From the NCBI GenBank assembly GCA_900551615.1, contig URWN01000001.1, positions 4,295 through 68,294 on the forward strand: a DNA stretch of 64,000 bases, read 5' to 3'. Shown here piece after piece: positions 20,494-29,375 of the stretch; the first letter of the stretch is position 1, and each line of letters opens with the position of its first letter. This DNA is from an uncultured Clostridium sp. (lineage in GTDB: Bacteria; Bacillota; Clostridia; TANB77; CAG-508). A program made the translations under genes and the position numbers. The notes beneath the pieces are model-generated. The model was given only the letters and a program-made list of their open reading frames with translations, searched no databases and was not told the origin of the DNA.

Positions 20494-20790
20494 CTATTTG
20501 TCACAGCATCCACCAATCAACTGCACTCCGTCACAGAACCCATTCCTATAATACTTCTCATTCCAATAATCAATATAATCCAGAAAATTATCATTAAGCA
20601 AATTTAGCTGTTTCTCCACATATTTTTTATTCTGCTTAGGCACATTCCTCAAAATCTTCTCAACAATCTCATCAAATTCAACAGTATGTTTTCTATCTTC
20701 ATCATTAATAAAACAAAGTTCAGTTTCCTCTCTAAAACTTAACCAATCTCTTAAAATATCATCATTAACTTCTCTAAAATTATTAATAAT
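20494..20790 (-). CDS. small hypothetical protein, no Met codon (probable ATT start)
   Basis: Open frame IINNFREVNDDILRDWLSFREETEL...YWNEKYYRNGFCDGVQLIGGCCDK*. GGAGG lies 6 nt upstream of ATT. Absent from the ORF track because it has no ATG/GTG/TTG. Confidence 0.5.
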   Translation of the reverse strand: MINNFREVNDDILRDWLSFREETELCFINDEDRKHTVEFDEIVEKILRNVPKQNKKYVEKQLNLLNDNFLDYIDYWNEKYYRNGFCDGVQLIGGCCDK

Positions 20791-21015
20791 TTAAATCCTC
20801 CAAAAATTAAAATTTTTATTAATAAAATTATTTTTTACAAAAGCTTGAAATACTAGAACAGACATACTATATGAATTGGGTAAAAATTGGGTAAAATCTA
20901 CTCCAAAAATGCCCTAAAAATGCACAAATGTTCTACAAATCAAAACTCTTGTAAATACTGAAATACCAACAAAAATTCTAATTTTCACAAAACTACAAAA
21001 ACGCGTCAAACCTCG

Positions 21016-21057
21016 CTCATAACCTGAAGGTCATAAGTACTAACCTTATCTCACCGA
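21016..21057 (+). pseudogene. tRNA(CAU) 3'-half relic (anticodon loop to discriminator)
   Basis: CTCATAA|CCTGA|AGGTC|ATAAG|TACTAAC|CTTAT|CTCACCG|A fits the 7-5-5-5-7-5-7-1 tRNA geometry. The T stem pairs but the T loop is degenerate, and no 5' half is present. Confidence 0.4.
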
Positions 21058-21240
21058 AAACATAATAAAATAAAACATATGCCATATTTTAACAGGTAAT
21101 AATTTTGTTTTTACATAAAACAATAATACCTTGACCACAATTATGAAAAAAATAACTGAACCAAACAAGTTTTAACAAGAAATATATTTAAATAATTCAC
21201 ATGAAATGATATAATTATGAAAAATGAAAGGAGAAGCATT

Positions 21241-21795
21241 ATGGATAAATATTATGAAATAAAAGTAACAATAAGAGAATCTCATCCACCAACATGGAGA
21301 AGATTACGAATACCAGCAAACATAACATTTAATGATTTAGCAGCAATTATAGAAATTGCATTTGAATGGTGTGGCTATCACTTATATGAATTTGAAGTAG
21401 GAGCAACGTTACATGAAATGGGACAATTTATAGCAGTACCAGAAGAAGACGAATACGGAATAGAAAACATAAGAGTAAAAACATTAGACTCTGGAAAAGA
21501 AAAAATAGATAAATACTTCAAAAAATATAAGAGAATGAAATTTGTATATGATTTTGGAGATGATTGGGTTCATGATATTATAATAGAAAAAGAAATAAAT
21601 GAAAAATTAGAACATCCACTATGTATAAAGGCAAAATCAGGAGCATATCCAGAAGACTGTGGTGGAACATATGGATATGAAGAATATTATCCAAATGATG
21701 AAGGAAGAGAAGAGTTAGACATATATTTTATTAATGATGAATTACAAGACTATAAAGTTTTTGCAAAACAATTATATAATAGAGAAATGTTTTAA
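21241..21795 (+). CDS. pRiA4b ORF-3-like family protein
   Basis: YEIKVTIRESHPPTWRRLRIPANITFNDLAAIIEIAFEWCGYHLYEF matches the characteristic P.iWRR..vp....l.dLH..iq.a.gW...HL..F pattern. Confidence 0.7.
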   Translation: MDKYYEIKVTIRESHPPTWRRLRIPANITFNDLAAIIEIAFEWCGYHLYEFEVGATLHEMGQFIAVPEEDEYGIENIRVKTLDSGKEKIDKYFKKYKRMKFVYDFGDDWVHDIIIEKEINEKLEHPLCIKAKSGAYPEDCGGTYGYEEYYPNDEGREELDIYFINDELQDYKVFAKQLYNREMF

Positions 21796-21868
21796 AAATT
21801 ACATTTAATAATAGGTTTTGTTGTTGCTTTAAATTATGTATGATATAAAAAATAAAGTGGAGGGAAAA

Positions 21869-23722
21869 ATGAATAAAGAATTAGAAAAAAAATTAAAGGA
21901 ACATATAAGAGAACAAAACCAAGAAATGTACATAACAGATGAGGAAATCTGTAAATTAATATTTAGATATATCAAAAAAGAAAATACAGAATATGCAGTA
22001 TTAATCAATGGTAAATGGGGTGCAGGAAAAACATTTTTTGTAAAAAATAGTTTGAAAACAAATGTACAGAAAGAAATAAATAAAACTAGTAGATATAAAG
22101 GAATAATATATATATCATTATATGGAATAAAAGATTCAACCCAACTAGAGAACAAACTAATATATTCCATAATAGAAAACAATATATTAGGTAATAAAGA
22201 AGGAAAAACCTCAAAAATATTAATAAATGGAGCAAAAACTTATCTTAATTCTTTAGAAAGAAAAGATTCTATAATGGATGTAATAAAAATGTTTCAAGAA
22301 ATATCTAAATATATTATTATTTTTGATGATTTAGAAAGATGTATGATTTCTATTACAGAACTATTAGGGTATATAAATGAACTGGTAGAACATAAAAATG
22401 TGAAAACTATATTAATTGCAAATGAAGAAAAAATGTCAGAAACAAAAGAATTATATCAAAATCAAGTATATTTTGAAATAAAAGAAAAATTAATAGGGGA
22501 AGTTATATATTATAATCCAGATATGGAAAAAATTCTAGATTATATATGTGATAAAGAAAAAGAACAAATAGCTTCAAAAATAATAAAAAATAATAAATAT
22601 GAAATAATTGAAACAATGCAAAAATTAAAGTATAAAAATATAAGAACACTTAAAATTTGTATTTCTAAATTTAAAATAATAATAGAAAAAATGGAAGAAG
22701 TAAAATCAATATATAAAAATTATGATGAACTTACTTATAATAAATTACTAAATAATATATTAATATATTTATTACATGTAACTATTATGTATAAAGAAAA
22801 TATAAAATTATATGATTGGAGTAATTTATTAGGCTCATTCGGATTAATAAATTTAACTATAAGAAATGATAAAATAGAAATATTAGGATTTAAATTTGTT
22901 GATAAACTAGTCCAATATTCAATTATAGATTCAAAAGATATAAAGGAAATATTAGAACTATACAACAAAAAAGATCAGAATAATATATATGGAAAAGGAA
23001 GTCCATTTGATGTTGTAACAAATTTTTTTGGGAAAAGCGATAACAAAGTTGAAGAGGCACTCAAACAAATGAAAAATGAAATAAAAGACAATATATATAT
23101 GATAGATGTATATAGTAAAATTTTGTGTTATCTACTAGAAATTAAATGGGCTGGATATGATGAAAAAATAATAAAAGATATTATTAAACTTATGGAATAT
23201 AATATAAAAAATAATAAAAATAGTTGTACTATTGAATTTATACCATTCACTTTAGGATATAATACAGAAAGACCAGGATATTATGATATACTTAAAAAAT
23301 GGGAAAAATATGATAGTGAAAGAGTTATTGAAAATCAAAAAGAAAAAATAAAAGAAATTTTAAATAAAACTAATTGGGGAACAAATTTTAAAGAATACTG
23401 TGAAAAAAATAAAAATGAATTTAAGAGAAATAAAAGTTTTTTCTCAAGTATAGATGATAAAGAATTGATAGAGAATATTAAATACAGTGACTCTCAAAAT
23501 ATATTGGAATTTATAAGAGGAATAAATACAGTTTATAATCTTAAATATATTTCAAAAGATCAAAAAGAATTAAGAGATTATTATATAGGAGATATTGATA
23601 GCATAATAAGGATAAAAAAAGAAATTGAAAAAATAAAAGATATAAAGATGGAAAAAAGTAAGAAATATCTTATAAATAAATTACTGGAAATATTACAAGA
23701 CTGGATAAATGCGTTAAAATAA
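21869..23722 (+). CDS. KAP-family P-loop NTPase
   Basis: INGKWGAGKTFF Walker A and IIIFDDLERC Walker B, typical of KAP NTPases. Start set behind ggaggg. Confidence 0.75.
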   Translation: MNKELEKKLKEHIREQNQEMYITDEEICKLIFRYIKKENTEYAVLINGKWGAGKTFFVKNSLKTNVQKEINKTSRYKGIIYISLYGIKDSTQLENKLIYSIIENNILGNKEGKTSKILINGAKTYLNSLERKDSIMDVIKMFQEISKYIIIFDDLERCMISITELLGYINELVEHKNVKTILIANEEKMSETKELYQNQVYFEIKEKLIGEVIYYNPDMEKILDYICDKEKEQIASKIIKNNKYEIIETMQKLKYKNIRTLKICISKFKIIIEKMEEVKSIYKNYDELTYNKLLNNILIYLLHVTIMYKENIKLYDWSNLLGSFGLINLTIRNDKIEILGFKFVDKLVQYSIIDSKDIKEILELYNKKDQNNIYGKGSPFDVVTNFFGKSDNKVEEALKQMKNEIKDNIYMIDVYSKILCYLLEIKWAGYDEKIIKDIIKLMEYNIKNNKNSCTIEFIPFTLGYNTERPGYYDILKKWEKYDSERVIENQKEKIKEILNKTNWGTNFKEYCEKNKNEFKRNKSFFSSIDDKELIENIKYSDSQNILEFIRGINTVYNLKYISKDQKELRDYYIGDIDSIIRIKKEIEKIKDIKMEKSKKYLINKLLEILQDWINALK

Positions 23723-23838
23723 CTAGAAAAAACTTAGTTTTACAATATATATGAAATGTAAAAAAGATTAATTAAACAAACTGAAAACAAATAAAAACCA
23801 AATGATATAATTACTAAAACACAAAAAAGGAGCAAAAA

Positions 23839-25704
23839 ATGAAACAAAAAGAAGGAATATGGTGGACAATCAACCAAGAAAAAGTAGCAGGAAAACTAGA
23901 AATAACAGAAGAAAACAAAATAAGTCTAATAACATACGGAAAACTATACGACACAAACATAATATACGGATTTGCAGAAGGAGAAAAAATAACACTAGTA
24001 GACGTAGAACTAGACAGAACAGACATATACACAAACAAAATCCACAAAGACGAAACAGAAAAAGAAGACCCAAACGAAGACACAGAGCTAAAATACTGCA
24101 CGTACAAATATACAGCAGATATGGCCATATTTGGGCACATATATGAAAGAAAAGGAGACATAAGAATAAAAGAAGTCTCACTATATTACACGAATTTAGA
24201 CAAATGGATAGACTGGCCAATCGAAATGCCAGAAGTATCATCAAAGGACAACGAAGTATATTTAAAAATCAGAAAATTCAAAGAGAAAAAAATAAAAACA
24301 GAAAGATTTGACATATCAATAAGAAATCCATACTTGATCGAAAAAATGGACTACAAAATGAAAATTCACAATCAAGTAGAAATAAACATTCAAAATATAA
24401 GAAATGAGTATATTAAAACAATACAAGGCATTGTACAATGTTTACAATTCTTTTTAATATTATGTACAGGAGACAACATTAATGTAGAAAAAATAAAAGC
24501 AACAGATTTTTATGATAGGGATGTAGAAATCATACTTGGATATGGAAAAAGTAACTATGAAAATAGAAGTATAATAAAAGACATCGTAAAATATAAAGAT
24601 ATTGAAGGTAGCCTAGACAACATTATAAAAAATTGGATGAAAGTATATGAAGAAAACGAACTATTAATGGTAAATTTTATAAAACTTCAAACAACAGAAG
24701 ATATACTGATGAGTGAATACATGAACTTAATGAGTGCAATAGATAGTTTGCATTTACTAGTGATACATAAAGAGCAAAGTAAGGCTCCTTGCGCAGAGAT
24801 TTTAAAAAAACTATTAAGAGAAACTAATTTTATATTAAATCTTTCAGAAAAAGAGATAGAAGAATTAGCCATAAAAGTAAAGGATATCAGAAGATATTTT
24901 GTACATTCAAACAAAACCCAAAAACAAATAGTTCATAGCAATATATCAATTATAAAAAGCATAATGAGTGTTCTTATAGAAGCTATAAGAAGTAGAATTA
25001 TGGTAGAAATAGGAATTGATCAAAGAATATTAGAAACATATTACAAAAAAATAGAAAACTTAAAAAAGGTAAAATATGATATTGTAAACAATATTAATGA
25101 AGATGAGAGAATAAGGGCAGAAAAAGCAGAAAAGGGAGGAAAAATAATGAATCCATTATCAAGAAAAGACAAAGAAAATATAGCAGAGCTAAATGCTTTG
25201 ATGGGAACAAGATATAGAGAAAGTGAATATGATTTGGAAAATAGCAAAGATCTAATAGAAGCAATAGAAAATACAACAGCAGAATTCATGGATTATATCA
25301 ATTATTGGGGAGAAATAAGCACTATAATAGAAAATTTTGATCAAAGTATAGAAGTATTTCATCCAGAAAAATGGTTCAATATGTCAAAAACAGGAAAAAC
25401 GGAAAACGGACTAGTGGATGAAACAATATCAAATTTATATGATGTATCAGATAACATGTATGATTTAGCAAATAATGCAGAAGAAAGATGCAAAGATTTA
25501 TGGAAATTTTTGTTGTTGGGAGATAATAAAGAAGCTCAAACATATTTTGTAGGTAACATATCTATGTACAGTAAGGAAAAATTAAGTGCGGCTATAGAGT
25601 ATGTTATAGAAAATATATTTGATGTAGAGTACGAAAATCAAGTTCAAAATGATGCTCAGAATTTCTCAAAGGGAATAAAACAATATTTAGAAAGAAAATT
25701 ATAA
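23839..25704 (+). CDS. ApeA-like HEPN-domain protein
   Basis: N-terminus GIWWTINQEKVAGKLEITEENKISLITYG resembles the ApeA N-terminal domain. Rx4H HEPN motif RRYFVH at 24889-24906. Confidence 0.5.
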   Translation: MKQKEGIWWTINQEKVAGKLEITEENKISLITYGKLYDTNIIYGFAEGEKITLVDVELDRTDIYTNKIHKDETEKEDPNEDTELKYCTYKYTADMAIFGHIYERKGDIRIKEVSLYYTNLDKWIDWPIEMPEVSSKDNEVYLKIRKFKEKKIKTERFDISIRNPYLIEKMDYKMKIHNQVEINIQNIRNEYIKTIQGIVQCLQFFLILCTGDNINVEKIKATDFYDRDVEIILGYGKSNYENRSIIKDIVKYKDIEGSLDNIIKNWMKVYEENELLMVNFIKLQTTEDILMSEYMNLMSAIDSLHLLVIHKEQSKAPCAEILKKLLRETNFILNLSEKEIEELAIKVKDIRRYFVHSNKTQKQIVHSNISIIKSIMSVLIEAIRSRIMVEIGIDQRILETYYKKIENLKKVKYDIVNNINEDERIRAEKAEKGGKIMNPLSRKDKENIAELNALMGTRYRESEYDLENSKDLIEAIENTTAEFMDYINYWGEISTIIENFDQSIEVFHPEKWFNMSKTGKTENGLVDETISNLYDVSDNMYDLANNAEERCKDLWKFLLLGDNKEAQTYFVGNISMYSKEKLSAAIEYVIENIFDVEYENQVQNDAQNFSKGIKQYLERKL

Positions 25705-25804
25705 ATTAGCAAAGAAGTCATAATACAAATATTCAAAATATATGTAAAGAAATAATGTCAAAATGATGTTAGAATATGATCATAAGTTAGAAAGGATTAT
25801 AGAT

Positions 25805-26461
25805 ATGTTAGAACAAACACAAAAATTAAAAGTAATATTTAGTGAAAAACAATTAAATACTATTAAAAATATAATTGAACAAATAGAAAAAGAAGGACAA
25901 GAATACAAAACAATAAATTTATGGAAATTTGACCAATCTATTGGAGGGATAGGTGGATATTGTCAAGGATGTAATCCAGCTCGTTCCAATCCTTTTCAAG
26001 GGACAGAATTTAGAAATACATATAGATGTTTACAATATATCAGAAGTGATATAGATATATTAAATATTAATTATACAGCAAGAGATATAATAGAAAATTG
26101 TGGACATCACTTTGAAGAATCAATAAAAATATATTTAAAGAGAAATTATAAACTTATTTGGATAAAGACTAGCAGATATCCATTAGGAAAATTATTAAAT
26201 TATATAGTTGATAAAAATATATTTGAAAAAAATATTACAAATGAATTAAAATTGTTTGTTGATTTATATAATATATCAAAACATGTAATATTATCAAATG
26301 ATGAACTTGATAGGACTTTTCATGCTGATGATGCTATTATTTGTTATTTTGCTTGTAGAATAGTAGGTAAGAAAATATTATTAAAGATAGATGAAAAAAC
26401 AGAAAAGGAAAAATATGAAATTGATTGGGACAAATATGGCATAAAAATTAATAGATTTTAA
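25805..26461 (+). CDS. 218-aa Cys-rich / HEPN-like (DUF4145-like) protein, paralog B
   Basis: Same length as 15257-15913. 161/218 identical residues in an ungapped hand alignment. The first 36 nt are identical. Confidence 0.75.
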   Translation: MLEQTQKLKVIFSEKQLNTIKNIIEQIEKEGQEYKTINLWKFDQSIGGIGGYCQGCNPARSNPFQGTEFRNTYRCLQYIRSDIDILNINYTARDIIENCGHHFEESIKIYLKRNYKLIWIKTSRYPLGKLLNYIVDKNIFEKNITNELKLFVDLYNISKHVILSNDELDRTFHADDAIICYFACRIVGKKILLKIDEKTEKEKYEIDWDKYGIKINRF

Positions 26462-26470
26462 TTAATTTAG

Positions 26471-26500
26471 ATACAACTTTTGAGCAAGTTGTATTTTTTT
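26471..26500 (+). terminator. rho-independent terminator
   Basis: atacaactt / aagttgtat stem, 6-nt loop, then TTTTTT. Confidence 0.75.
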
Positions 26501-26582
26501 GTCGAAATTTATAATTTTCTACAAGTTTCGACAAATTTTGCGATAAAAATATGTTACTTTTTTATACAAGGGGGATATTTTT

Positions 26583-27473
26583 ATGAATAATTCTATTGAT
26601 TTTTATAGTTATAGAGGAAATATTGTTTTTTCAGACCAAATGACAATATTTAATTTAGGATTGGAAAACAATTCTGAAACTAAAAATAAGATTTTTAATA
26701 AATTTTTTGAAGAATTAAAGAATAGAACAAAATTAGATTCAAAATTTAATAAAAGAGTTTATTATTTGATTTTTATAAATCAATATGATTCTATAGTTCA
26801 CTGTCAATTAGCTAGACAAAGAGAATATAATAAATATGAAATGACAGAAGAAAAAATTATAGGTAAAAAGGATAAAGACTATCCATATGTTAATATTTTT
26901 ATTGAACTATATTCACAAAAAATTTTAATAGAATCAAATGAAACAATATTTGAAAACTATAATACATGTAGTGATGTAATACAAAATATAATGAATAAAC
27001 ATATAAATATCAAAGATACAAATATAAGTATAAATCCCATATTAAAAGAAGATGAATTTTGGGATTTTTTTAAAGATGATAATAAAGTTAGTATGATAGA
27101 TTTTTCATTATGCGTTCCTAATTTATTTGATGCAGACAACGATGCAGTAGAGTTTTTAAAAGAATCTAACAAAAATGTAGGGGCAAGCAATGTATCATTA
27201 AAATTTTCCAATAGTAAGGGTGAATTGAAACCTAATAAAAAAGGAATAGATTCATTTATAAAATATATTAGTGCAGGAGGAGGAAAATGGAAATTAATTT
27301 ATAAAAATAAACAGGGGAAAAGCAAAAGAGTAAATAGTAAAAGTAAGAGTATAAAAATAAGTATACCAGTATCAAGAGAACTATTAAGCAATACTTTAAC
27401 TATTAAAGATATAAATATTATAAAAAATGAAATGAAGAAAATAGAAACTATGGATAAATTTAAGGAGGAATAA
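26583..27473 (+). CDS. hypothetical soluble protein (296 aa)
   Basis: RBS aagggggat upstream. No recognisable motif. Its last codons carry the AAGGAGG of the next gene. Confidence 0.7.
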   Translation: MNNSIDFYSYRGNIVFSDQMTIFNLGLENNSETKNKIFNKFFEELKNRTKLDSKFNKRVYYLIFINQYDSIVHCQLARQREYNKYEMTEEKIIGKKDKDYPYVNIFIELYSQKILIESNETIFENYNTCSDVIQNIMNKHINIKDTNISINPILKEDEFWDFFKDDNKVSMIDFSLCVPNLFDADNDAVEFLKESNKNVGASNVSLKFSNSKGELKPNKKGIDSFIKYISAGGGKWKLIYKNKQGKSKRVNSKSKSIKISIPVSRELLSNTLTIKDINIIKNEMKKIETMDKFKEE

Positions 27474-27474
27474 A

Positions 27475-27957
27475 GTGAAAAAGAGAATTATAATAATTTG
27501 CATTATTTTAAGTAGTGTAATATTTGCATTTACAAATAATTCTTTTATAGTAAGTGCTAAAGACATAATACCATTTCTTTTTACGTTACTTGGATTATGT
27601 TTAACAGCATATACATTTATATATTCACCAATAACAGAAATTCTAAAGAAGAATAATAAAATCAATGATATTGATAAAAATAAAAGTTTAGATAAACTAT
27701 TAAAAAGTTTTGAAGAAGACATGTTATGCATTTTTTTCTTAACAATTACAATAATATGTATAGATTTTATTAAGAATTTTGATATACCATTAATGAAAGA
27801 TACTACTAATATAAATTTAGAAATAATATCAATAATATCATTAAAGAAATTTATAGTTAATTTTATAATAGCTCTATCAGCAAGCTTATCATTTTATGCA
27901 TTATATGATCTGATGAAAGCTACATTTAAGATATTAAGAAGTAGTTTAGATAAGTAA
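27475..27957 (+). CDS. small integral membrane protein (about 4 TM helices)
   Basis: GTG start 1 nt after the upstream TAA. Hydrophobic segments IIIICIILSSVIFAF, FLFTLLGLCLTAYTFIY, LCIFFLTITIICIDF, FIVNFIIALSASLSFYAL. Confidence 0.7.
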   Translation: MKKRIIIICIILSSVIFAFTNNSFIVSAKDIIPFLFTLLGLCLTAYTFIYSPITEILKKNNKINDIDKNKSLDKLLKSFEEDMLCIFFLTITIICIDFIKNFDIPLMKDTTNINLEIISIISLKKFIVNFIIALSASLSFYALYDLMKATFKILRSSLDK

Positions 27958-28054
27958 AATAGATATAAAATTTAAATTATATATGTGATATTTTAATTGA
28001 AAAAATGTTAGAGTATATGTAAAAAAATTTTTTGAAAATAATAGGAGTAATAAA

Positions 28055-29011
28055 ATGGATGAAGAAATAAGAGATTTAAATTATGTTTTTAATGAAATGC
28101 CAATCTATAGCAGAGAGACATTTAATATTTTATGTAAAAAAGAATCACAAGGAATATATAAAATAGATAGAAAAGAAATAATTAGATTTTTAAAATATAT
28201 AAATACGAGTAGTAAAAAAATTATTACAAATTGTGTGTGGTGTAATAAAGAGTTTTCATTCAATTATTGTAAAAATTTATATTCAATTGAATATTCTGAA
28301 CATGCAAAAGAGGTTAGTTACATAAGAATAGCTTTTTTAGGTGAGGATGGGTTGTATATAGATTTGAAGGATGAAGATATATGTGGACAAACTAATAAAA
28401 ATATTTTGGATAAAGATTTAATTGAAAAAAACTATTATATTTCATACTATATAAATTGTAATAATATGCCAAAACATATATATGGATTATATCTATTTAT
28501 AAGAGTTCAAAGAGATAAAATAATTGTAACCAAAATAGGACAATATCCATCAATGTTATCTGTAAAAGGTTTTGATTTCGATAAATATAAAAAACAATTA
28601 AAAAAATATAATGCATATGAAGACTATAAAAATGCAGACTTATCAATGGCAAATAATTTTTATGCAGGTGCATATACATATTTAAGAAGAGTTTATGAAA
28701 AACAATTGAATTTTTATATAGAAAAAGATAAACTCCAACTCATTGATAATAAAACAGAAACAAAAATAAAAGCTATTAAAGAAAATTTTGATCCTAGAAT
28801 ACATGAACATCTAAATAATCTATATAGTATATTAAGTATTGGAATACACGAACTGGATGAGGAAGAAAGTAAAGATTATTATGAATATTTAAAAGCAATG
28901 ATTGATATGCAGTTGCAATTTGAAAAAATGAAAGATGAAGAAGAAAAACAGTCAAAATCATTGAACACAAAAATTTCAAATATAATAACAAAATTAAAAC
29001 AAAGAAGATAA
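28055..29011 (+). CDS. hypothetical protein with CxxC N-terminal region and DUF4145/HEPN-like helical C-terminus
   Basis: CVWCNKEFSFNYC, then YLRRVYEKQLNFYIE ... LNNLYSILSIGIHELDEEE, which resembles the two conserved helices of DUF4145-type domains. Confidence 0.55.
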   Translation: MDEEIRDLNYVFNEMPIYSRETFNILCKKESQGIYKIDRKEIIRFLKYINTSSKKIITNCVWCNKEFSFNYCKNLYSIEYSEHAKEVSYIRIAFLGEDGLYIDLKDEDICGQTNKNILDKDLIEKNYYISYYINCNNMPKHIYGLYLFIRVQRDKIIVTKIGQYPSMLSVKGFDFDKYKKQLKKYNAYEDYKNADLSMANNFYAGAYTYLRRVYEKQLNFYIEKDKLQLIDNKTETKIKAIKENFDPRIHEHLNNLYSILSIGIHELDEEESKDYYEYLKAMIDMQLQFEKMKDEEEKQSKSLNTKISNIITKLKQRR

Positions 29012-29346
29012 TTGAAAGAGATAATAGCAAAACAAATATATAATCACCGGACTTTATTTAGAGAGACCGGTTTTTTCGCTTGAAAATATGAATTATATTA
29101 TAAAAGTACGGCTTTCAAATATGTGTTCTTTGTCACACATTGGTCACACTCTCCACAAAAACATCTAAATTTAAACACAAATTAATGCAAACAAAAATCA
29201 CTAATATCACTGATTACCTTACTTTAATAAGACCAAGCACAATTACTTCAAACTCAACAATGCCAATACTTACGGGCTGATAACCGTAAGACTTAATATG
29301 AAATACAATTATACCAACATAAAAACCAAAAACTAAAATATAAAAA

Positions 29347-29375
29347 TTGACACAAATCATAAAAAATGATAACAT
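29347..29375 (+). promoter_or_regulatory. sigma-A promoter TTGACA-N17-TAACAT
   Basis: Exact -35 hexamer, 17-nt spacer, 30 nt upstream of the 29406 start. Confidence 0.55.

Noticed and set aside
23814-24244. Three overlapping ORFs (23859-24146 +, 23814-24161 -, 23870-24244 -) at the 5' end of the ApeA-like gene.
   Set aside because: This is the same compositional artefact. One product is an Arg/Lys/Asn-rich string and the others are Leu/Phe-rich. They have no RBS and lie within a coherent 621-aa gene.
29040-29075. Putative terminator caccggactttatttagagagaccggtttttt after the 28055 gene.
   Set aside because: Only a 5-bp stem (accgg/ccggt) with a 15-nt loop is present, which is too weak to call despite the T-run.
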